A stretch of DNA of 20,000 bases, taken from positions 48,910-68,909 of the forward strand of contig UYFQ01000381.1 of the NCBI GenBank assembly GCA_900617105.1, given 5' to 3'. The stretch's first letter is position 1; every line of letters starts with the position of its first letter. Positions 1 through 8,019 of the stretch are shown here, one piece after another. This stretch comes from Hydrurus foetidus. Its lineage: Eukaryota. A model generated the notes under the pieces. The model was not told the origin of the DNA. It did not search any database and saw only the letters and a list, made by a program, of their open reading frames with translations. Both the position numbers and the translations under genes were made by a program.

Positions 1-3000
1 ATGAGTGAGTAGAGATGCATAAATGAGTATGGTTGTATGAATTTGTATGGATGCATGAGAGTATAGGGTTGCATGAGAGTATAGGATTGCATGGGTGAGT
101 AGAGATGCTTGAGTGAGTATGGGTGCATGAATATGGCTGGATGCATGAGTGAGTATGGCTGGATGCATGAGTGAGTATGGCTGGATGCATGAGTGAGTAT
201 GGCTGGATGCATGAGTGAGTAGGGATGCATGAGTGAGTAGAGATGCATGAGTGAGTATGGATGCATGAGTGAGTATGGATGCATGAGTGAGTATGGATGC
301 ATGAGTGAGTATGGCTGGATGCATGAGTGAGTATGGCTGGATGCATGAGAGAGTATGGATGCATGGGTGAGTATGGCTGGATGCATGAGTGAGTATGGAT
401 GCATGAGTATGGCTGGATGCATGAGTGAGTATGGCTGGATGCATGAGTGAGTATGGCTGGATGCATGAGTGAGTATGGCTGGATGCATGAGAGTAGGGAT
501 GCATGAGTGAGTAGAGATGCATGAGTGAGTATGGATGCATGAGTTAGTATGGCTGGATGCATGAGTGAGTATGGCTGGATGCATGAGTGAGTATGGATGC
601 ATGAGTGAGTAGAGATGCATAAATGAGTATGGTTGTATGAATTTGTATGGATGCATGAGAGTATAGGGTTGCATGAGAGTATAGGATTGCATGGGTGAGT
701 AGAGATGCTTGAGTGAGTATGGGTGCATGAATATGGCTGGATGCATGAGTGAGTATGGCTGGATGCATGAGTGAGTATGGCTGGATGCATGAGTGAGTAT
801 GGCTGGATGCATGAGAGAGTAGGGATGCATGGGTGAGTAGAGATGCATGAGTGAGTATGGATGCATGAGTTAGTATGGCTGGATGCATGAGTGAGTATGG
901 CTGGATGCATGAGTAAGTAGAAATACATGAGTGAGTAGAGATGCATAAATGAGTATGGTTGTATGAATTTGTATGGATGCATGAGAGTATAGGGATGCAT
1001 GGGTGAGTAGAGATGCATGAGTGAGTATGGGTGGATGAGTTAGTATGGATGCATGAGTGAGTATGGCTGGATGCATGAGAGTGTAGGGTTGCATGAGAGT
1101 ATAGGATTGCATGGGTGAGTAGAGATGCTTGAGTGAGTATGGGTGCATGAATATGGCTGGATGCATGAGTGAGTATGGCTGGATGCATGAGTGAGTATGG
1201 CTGGATGCATGAGTGAGTATGGCTGGATGCATGAGAGAGTAGGGATGCATGGGTGAGTAGAGATGCATGAGTGAGTATGGATGCATGAGTTAGTATGGCT
1301 GGATGCATGAGTGAGTATGGCTGGATGCATGAGTAAGTAGAAATACATGAGTGAGTAGAGATGCATAAATGAGTATGGTTGTATGAATTTGTATGGATGC
1401 ATGAGAGTATAGGGTTGCATGAGAGTATAGGATTGCATGGGTGAGTAGAGATGCGTGAGTGAGTATGGTCGCATGAGTGAGTATGGATGCATGAGTGAGT
1501 ATGGCTGGATGCATGAGTGAGTATGGCTGGATGCATGAGTGAGTATGGCTGGATGCATGAGTGAGTAGGGATGCATGAGTGAGTATGGATGCATGAGTGA
1601 GTATGGATGCATGAGTGAGTATGGCTGGATGCATGAGTGAGTATGGCTGGATGCATGAGTGAGTATGGCTGGATGCATGAGTGAGTATGGATGCATGAGT
1701 GAGTAGGGATGCATGGGTGAGTAGAGATGCATGAGTGAGTATGGATGCATGAGTTAGTATGGCTGGATGCATGAGTGAGTATGGCTGGATGCATGAGTGA
1801 GTATGGCTGGATGCATGAGTGAGTATGGATGCATGAGTGAGTATGGCTGGATGCATGAGTGAGTATGGGATGCATGAGTGAGTATGGATGCATGAGTGAG
1901 TATGGCTGGATGAGTGAGTATGAGTGGATGCATGAGATGCATGAGTGAGTATGGATGCATGAGTGAGTATGGCTGGATGCATGAGAGAGTAGGGATGCAT
2001 GGGTGAGTAGAGATGCATGAGTGAGTATGGATGCATGAGTGAGTATGGCTGGATGCATGAGTGAGTATGGCTGGATGCATGAGTAAGTAGAAATACATGA
2101 GTGAGTAGAGATGCATAAATGAGTATGGTTGTATGAATTTGTATTGATGCATGAGAGTATAGGGATGCATGGGTGAGTATGGGTGGATGAGTTAGTATGG
2201 ATGCATGAGTGAGTATGGCTGGATGCATGAGTGAGTATGGCTGGATGCATGAGTGAGTATGGCTGGATGCATGAGTGAGTATGGCTGGATGCATGAGAGA
2301 GTAGGGATGCATGGGTGAGTAGAGATGCATGAGTGAGTATGGATGCATGAGTTAGTATGGCTGGATGCATGAGTGAGTATGGCTGGATGCATGAGTAAGT
2401 AGAAATACATGAGTGAGTAGAGATGCATAAATGAGTATGGTTGTATGAATTTGTATGGATGCATGAGAGTATAGGGATGCATGGGTGAGTAGAGATGCAT
2501 GAGTGAGTATGGGTGGATGCATGAGTGAGTATGGATGCATGAGTGAGTATGGCTGGATGCATGAGTGAGTATGGCTGGATGCATGAGTGAGTATGGCTGG
2601 ATGCATGAGTGAGTATGGCTGGATGCATGAGAGAGTAGGGATGCATGAGTGAGTAGAGATGCATGAGTGAGTATGGATGCATGAGTTAGTATGGCTGGAT
2701 GCATGAGTGAGTATGGCTGGATGCATGAGTAAGTAGAAATACATGAGTGAGTAGAGATGCATAAATGAGTATGGTTGTATGAATTTGTATGGATGCATGA
2801 GAGTATATGGGATGCATGGGCATGAGTGAGTAGATGCATGAGTGAGTATGGGTGGATGAGTTAGTATGGATGCATGAGTGAGTATGGCTGGATGCATGAG
2901 AGTATAGGGTTGCATGAGAGTATAGGATTGCATGGGTGAGTAGAGATGCTTGAGTGAGTATGGGTGCATGAATATGGCTGGATGCATGAGTGAGTATGGC

Positions 3001-4680
3001 TGGATGCATGAGTGAGTATGGCTGGATGCATGAGTGAGTATGGCTGGATGCATGAGTGAGTAGGGATGCATGAGTGAGTAGAGATGCATGAGTGAGTATG
3101 GCTGGATGCATGAGTTAGTATGGCTGGATGCATGAGTGAGTATGGATGCATGAGTTAGTATGGCTGGATGCATGAGTTAGTATGGCTGGATGCATGAGTA
3201 AGTAGAAATACATGAGTGAGTAGAGATGCATAAATGAGTATGGTTGTATGAATTTGTATGGATGCATGAGAGTATAGGGATGCATGGGTGAGTAGAGATG
3301 CATGAGTGAGTATGGGTGGATGAGTTAGTATGGCTGGATGCATGAGTGAGTATGGCTGGATGCATGAGAGTATAGGGTTGCATGAGAGTATAGGATTGCA
3401 TGGGTGAGTAGAGATGCTTGAGTGAGTATGGGTGCATGAATATGGCTGGATGCATGAGTGAGTATGGCTGGATGCATGAGTGAGTATGGCTGGATGCATG
3501 AGTGAGTATGGCTGGATGCATGAGAGTATAGGGATGCATGGGTGAGTAGAGATGCATGAGTGAGTATGGATGCATGAGTGAGTATGGATGCATGAGTTAG
3601 TATGGCTGGATGCATGAGTGAGTATGGCTGGATGCATGAGTGAGTATGGCTGGATGCATGAGAGAGTAGGGATGCATGAGTGAGTATGAGATGCATGAGT
3701 GAGTATGGATGCATGAGTTAGTATGGCTGGATGCATGAGTTAGTATGGCTGGATGCATGAGTAAGTAGAAATACATGAGTGAGTAGAGATGCATAAATGA
3801 GTATGGTTGTATGAATTTGTATGGATGCATGAGAGTATAGGGATGCATGGGTGAGTAGAGATGCATGAGTGAGTATGGGTGGATGAGTTAGTATGGCTGG
3901 ATGCATGAGTGAGTATGGCTGGATGCATGAGAGTATAGGGTTGCATGAGAGTATAGGATTGCATGGGTGAGTAGAGATGCTTGAGTGAGTATGGGTGCAT
4001 GAATATGGCTGGATGCATGAGTGAGTATGGCTGGATGCATGAGTGAGTATGGCTGGATGCATGAGTGAGTATGGCTGGATGCATGAGAGAGTAGGGATGC
4101 ATGAGTGAGTAGAGATGCATGAGTGAGTATGGATGCATGAGTGAGTATGGCTGGATGCATGAGTGAGTATGGCTGGATGCATGAGTGAGTATGGCTGGAT
4201 GCATGAGTGTATAGGGATGCATGGGTGAGTAGAGATGCATGAGTGAGTATGGATGCATGAGTGAGTATGGCTGGATGCATGAGTGAGTATGGCTGGATGC
4301 ATGAGTAAGTATAAATACATGAGTGAGTAGATGCATGAGTGAGTATGGTTGTATGAATTTGTATGGATGCATGAGAGTATAGGGATGCATGGGTGAGTAG
4401 AGATGCATGAGTGAGTATGGCTGGATGAGTTAGTATGGCTGGATGCATGAGTGAGTATGGCTGGATGCATGAGAGTATAGGGTTGCATGAGAGTATAGGA
4501 TTGCATGGGTGAGTAGAGATGCTTGAGTGAGTATGGGTGCATGAATATGGCTGGATGCATGAGTGAGTATGGCTGGATGCATGAGTGAGTATGGCTGGAT
4601 GCATGAGTGAGTATGGCTGGATGCATGAGAGAGTAGGGATGCATGGGTGAGTAGAGATGCATGAGTGAGTATGGATGCAT
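1..4680. repeat. Satellite array (left arm): 18/22-bp monomers in a ~420-bp higher-order repeat; truncated by window start
   Basis: Continuous tandem GCATGAGTGAGTATGGCTGGAT (22 bp) and GCATGAGTGAGTATGGAT-type (18 bp) units. Diagnostic variants recur in order, e.g. 721-990 is repeated at 1141-1410 (420-bp offset). Confidence 0.98.
4677..4680 (+). repeat. Target site duplication GCAT (left copy)
   Basis: GCAT immediately precedes the 5' LTR and also follows the 3' LTR (10398-10401). Removing the element plus one copy restores the normal satellite sequence ATGGAT-GCAT-GAGTTAGTATGGCTGG. Confidence 0.9.
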
Positions 4681-4942
4681 TGTAGCCTTATTGCATTCCT
4701 AAGGGGATACAATGTGTCTAGGTTAACTAGGTACAATAGGTATACTACGCCCAGATTCCACTTTTAGGTCTTAGTTCTATGTATGATGTGAGTGCACTAG
4801 CGTACACATCACTTGTATATATTCAACTGTAAGATATTAACATAAGTCTTCTCTACCGACTTCCGCTTCCTCTTGCTCCACCGCTTGCCCACCGTACCAG
4901 CCACCAACAGCTCCGACGTCCTAGGCCCCACCGTCGACCACA
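4681..4942 (+). repeat. 5' LTR (262 bp, TGTAG...CCACA)
   Basis: Direct repeat of 10136-10397 with no differences seen by eye; TGT...ACA termini. Confidence 0.97.
4816..4821 (+). promoter_or_regulatory. Candidate TATA box in LTR (TATATA)
   Basis: TGTATATATTC at mid-LTR, just upstream of the switch to a C/pyrimidine-rich 3' half. Positional inference only. Confidence 0.4.
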
Positions 4943-4953
4943 ATATCGATATT

Positions 4954-4965
4954 TGGTCTCCTACC
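4954..4965 (+). promoter_or_regulatory. Candidate tRNA primer-binding site TGGTCTCCTACC (displaced 11 nt from LTR end)
   Basis: First TGG after the 5' LTR, complementary to a tRNA ending ...GGAGACCA. The spacing is atypical and the primer tRNA cannot be verified. Confidence 0.35.
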
Positions 4966-5036
4966 AAAGTTTTTTCTTGAGAATTTTCTTCTCAAACTTA
5001 TTTTATTCGTCTTCATTCTCCGACATCCGACATATT

Positions 5037-5254
5037 ATGGCGCTCCGACGTCAGGGAAACAAGACCACCTCCATCAACACTTTGCGACGACAACAGCAGC
5101 CACCTCGAGCTGTTGCCGTCGCGTTCCGACAACGCTACGACGAGCATCATAATCGTGGGGAGATATTTTCGAGTCTCCTGGGCCACCTGCGGCTCAGGAC
5201 CCCGCCGGCGACCTGTCTGCACCGATTCCTCAGCGGAATTCGGAGCCTGCGGTC
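5037..5254 (+). CDS. gag: Probable true N-terminus of Gag (ATG 5037), joined to the 5255 ORF across a 1-nt frame break at G4 5157-5160
   Basis: ATG has A at -3 and G at +4. The gag frame is open only from 5153. Adding one G gives MALRRQGNK...EHHNRGGDIFESPGPPAAQDPAGDLSAPIPQRNSEPAV-MSAID. Confidence 0.55.
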
Positions 5255-6592
5255 ATGTCTGCCATTGATGTCCCTGTCATTTCTGCGTTGAATGCTTTAT
5301 CATTGCAACCAGCTTCGGCTGAGACACCAGCTTCGGCTGAGATACCAGCTTCGGCTGAGATACCAGATTCGTCTGCGACACCAGCCTCGGCTGAGATTCC
5401 ACGTTCGATGGCACCACCTCAGCACTATGTGCAGACGGGTGAGAGAGCTCCTAAGTTGAGCGCCATGCCCTCTCGACAGGAAGTCTTACGAGTTACGGAG
5501 GTTCTACTTTCAAATGGAACTCCGTTTCGACCAATTGATGTCGTTCATGCTTCAAACCATCAATCGTTCACAACGCTTCTCAAGCGTAAATTCGCGACGA
5601 ATCCAACTCGTCGTGATGCGTGTAACGGTTGGAAGCATTGGACGAATCAAATGTTTTGTAGAGAATTAAATATCACAATTCCTACATCAGCTGTCAATCG
5701 TACTGACAAGCTGAGTTTCATTGAAACAGTTTCTCAGGTCCCACTTCAATTCGACCTGAAGAACAAATCAGTTGAAGATAAGACAGATCAACTTTTAGCT
5801 GATATTGTTGATGCCTTCCCTGATGTGACACCTGCTCTCCAACTTCAGGCAACAAAAATTCTCATTGAGAAGTTGCCAGTCGAACCTGTCAATTGGAGAG
5901 CAGTGTTACAACGTTGTCTTGACGACACTACGCCTAGACTCATCACGATCGAAGATTTTCGATTCGTATGGCTGGCGCAGTTAGCAAAACTTCGTGAATC
6001 AATTGATGCTTTGCGTTTCATTGATGTCACACCTTTGTATGGCAGTAACTCTCGCCAGATTAAAGCCCAACCTCGTTCTTCACTTGATTCGCAAATCAAA
6101 AAGCGTCAACGTGAAGACGAGCAATCTGTGCAGGCTGAAAAGTCTGATAGGCCTCCACGACCTATGTGCACAGGTTGTGGGAGACTCGGCCATGTAGTCG
6201 CCACGTGTTTCTACACTTCGTCTCCGTACTATAACAGTACAGACGCTCCCTATCTCAACTCTGAGGGTCATAAGCAGTTGTTGAAAGTTGATCCGAAGGC
6301 TCAGTTCATTCCGACTTTGCCTAAGACAACCTCTTCTTCGTCTTCTTCCTCCTCCTCTTCTTCGTCAAGGTCTGCTACTTCAACAGCAGATTCGACACAT
6401 CCTTCGAAGAAACACAAAGGTGAGCAACTATGCAATCTCAACTCATCATCTACTCTCTCCGATGATCCAGAGCTGATCCCTTTCTACATCTCTCCTCTTT
6501 CACAGGAGCCGTTGTTGGAAAAAGTGATAGAGTATTTACTCTTCTGGACACCGGCTCTTTTGCTGGCAATTTTGTCAATCGCCGCATTATAA
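5255..6592 (+). CDS. gag: Gag polyprotein with CCHC zinc knuckle (C-terminal boundary uncertain)
   Basis: 445-aa ORF after the 5' LTR. CTGCGRLGHVVATC (CX2CX4HX4C) at 6167-6208 is followed by a poly-Ser tract and a basic SKKHK motif. Confidence 0.88.
   Translation: MSAIDVPVISALNALSLQPASAETPASAEIPASAEIPDSSATPASAEIPRSMAPPQHYVQTGERAPKLSAMPSRQEVLRVTEVLLSNGTPFRPIDVVHASNHQSFTTLLKRKFATNPTRRDACNGWKHWTNQMFCRELNITIPTSAVNRTDKLSFIETVSQVPLQFDLKNKSVEDKTDQLLADIVDAFPDVTPALQLQATKILIEKLPVEPVNWRAVLQRCLDDTTPRLITIEDFRFVWLAQLAKLRESIDALRFIDVTPLYGSNSRQIKAQPRSSLDSQIKKRQREDEQSVQAEKSDRPPRPMCTGCGRLGHVVATCFYTSSPYYNSTDAPYLNSEGHKQLLKVDPKAQFIPTLPKTTSSSSSSSSSSSSRSATSTADSTHPSKKHKGEQLCNLNSSSTLSDDPELIPFYISPLSQEPLLEKVIEYLLFWTPALLLAILSIAAL
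5309..5398 (+). repeat. In-frame 18-bp x5 tandem repeat in gag (PASAET/PASAEI/PASAEI/PDSSAT/PASAEI)
   Basis: Five consecutive CCAGCTTCGGCTGAGA(C/T)A-like units. Confidence 0.9.
6420..6505 (+). other. Putative 86-nt GT-AG spliceosomal intron at the gag/protease junction
   Basis: Donor AAG|GTGAGC, branch-like CTGAT at 6473-6477, 24/27 pyrimidines at 6477-6503 with no intervening AG, acceptor TTTCACAG|G. Confidence 0.55.
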
Positions 6593-6806
6593 TTTCTCAT
6601 AAACTAACACAATTTATAACTAAAACTAATAATAAATTGTGTAGAGTTTGTAGTGGATTAGATAATCATTGTTATGATATCTCTGATACTATAGACTTAA
6701 CTTTATCTTCTTTTGCCATGATTTAAATAATTACTATACTTTTCCAATCACGGCTTATATTTTAGAAGATTCTAAATTTGATCTAGTAGTGGGACGTAAA
6801 ACAATT
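6466..6806 (+). CDS. pol: Aspartic protease domain (missed by ORF track; split over frames)
   Basis: Frame +1 reads DRVFTLLDTGSFAGNFV (DTG at 6547-6555) to a stop at 6724-6726. Frame +3, open from 6687, continues FFCHDLNNYYTFPITAYILEDSKFDLVVGRKTI, matching the D-hydrophobic-G-R protease motif. Confidence 0.85.
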
Positions 6807-7973
6807 CGTCAATTGAATTTGTTTTCACGATTCCCGGATCAAATATCCGCCAATGCTTCATCAGGCACTGTTCCGTTGGAAGAAGTTTTAACTTCTGAAG
6901 ATGTGGACGTAACGTGTGGCTGCTTGCCTAAGGAGAATTTGCAACCCTCCGAAGGCTCCCCAAAAGTGGATCCTTTAACCCAAAAGGTGAAACCGGCAGT
7001 CACCCAAACACACGTTATTCTAGCCTCGCTGATTCAAGAGTCAGAAAGACTCTTTGGAGCAGTACCACCTGATGAAGACGAAATCGACGACTCGATCAAG
7101 GACTCGTTTTCACCTTGGATGGATGAATTTCCTGCTTCAGATCCACTCTCGCTAATACACATAGCAGGTGATGAAGAGCAGAAAAACAAATTACGTATAC
7201 TAGTACACGAATTTGAGGATATATTTAGCAGTGAACTATCACAAACTCCTGCTGATATTCCACCTTTTGACTTTAATGTCAATGATACTAAATGGAAAGT
7301 ACCTAAGAATAGGCAACCTCCATGGACAAAATCAAATGTTGATCAAGCTGACATCTTAAGTCAAATAACAAAGCTTGAAAAACATAAAATTGTCGAAAAA
7401 TCAAACGCGGCATATTATAGCCAAGTTTTGTTAGTTCCTAAATCAGATGGAACTAAGCGTATGTGTATAGATTTTCGGAACTTAAATAACTGTACCGAAG
7501 ATACATCACATCCTATTCCACACATCGGTGAGATGTTGCGTCGAATAGGTGCACATGGAGCAAAAGTATTTGCTGTACTTGACCTTACTCAAGGATATCA
7601 TCAAGCACCACTTACACTCGCTGCACGTGCTTATACTGCATTCATACTATTCTGCGGTGTATATCAATTTACTCGTTTACCTTTTGGGCCTAAACAAGCT
7701 CCCTCCTACTTCCAACAGATCATGACGACTGTTGTGTTAGCAGGGTTGATATACTCCATATGCGAAATGTATATTGATGATTGCAATGTATTCGGTAAAG
7801 ACATTGATGAACTCATTGCGAGACTTCGTCTTGTTTTTGAACGCTTTAGAAAACACAAAATATTCCTTAAACCGAATAAGTGTTATCTTGGCTACGCCGA
7901 AATAGACTATGTTGGCAAAGTTCTTTCTGCTGAAGGACTAAGAATGTCACAAGAAAAATACGGAATGTCTTAG
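6789..7973 (+). CDS. pol: Pol fragment: protease end, spacer and reverse transcriptase
   Basis: Motifs KRMCIDFRNLN, LDLTQGYHQ, RLPFGPKQAPSYFQ, YIDD (7770-7781) and DYVG. The ORF ends at a frame break near 7954-7958. Confidence 0.95.
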   Translation: MGRKTIRQLNLFSRFPDQISANASSGTVPLEEVLTSEDVDVTCGCLPKENLQPSEGSPKVDPLTQKVKPAVTQTHVILASLIQESERLFGAVPPDEDEIDDSIKDSFSPWMDEFPASDPLSLIHIAGDEEQKNKLRILVHEFEDIFSSELSQTPADIPPFDFNVNDTKWKVPKNRQPPWTKSNVDQADILSQITKLEKHKIVEKSNAAYYSQVLLVPKSDGTKRMCIDFRNLNNCTEDTSHPIPHIGEMLRRIGAHGAKVFAVLDLTQGYHQAPLTLAARAYTAFILFCGVYQFTRLPFGPKQAPSYFQQIMTTVVLAGLIYSICEMYIDDCNVFGKDIDELIARLRLVFERFRKHKIFLKPNKCYLGYAEIDYVGKVLSAEGLRMSQEKYGMS

Positions 7974-8019
7974 ATTTTCCTAAACCAGTACTATCTAAAC
8001 AACTTAAAAGTTTTTAGGA

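Noticed and set aside
1..4680. Telomerase-made long telomeric repeat (G-rich strand, ~22 bp)
   Set aside because: Ordered higher-order variants imply recombinational amplification rather than templated addition, and there is no match to a telomere motif I recognise. A subtelomeric location is not excluded.
544..4736. Many long minus-strand ORFs (MHPAILTHASSHTHSCIQPYSL repeats)
   Set aside because: The satellite's reverse complement lacks stops except at GAGTTAGT variants. ORFs overlap in all three frames with the same peptides cycling between frames.
4779..4796. LTR segment ATGTATGATGTGAGTGCA resembling the satellite (satellite derived from LTR?)
   Set aside because: The similarity is short, gapped and low-complexity, so it is not distinguishable from chance.
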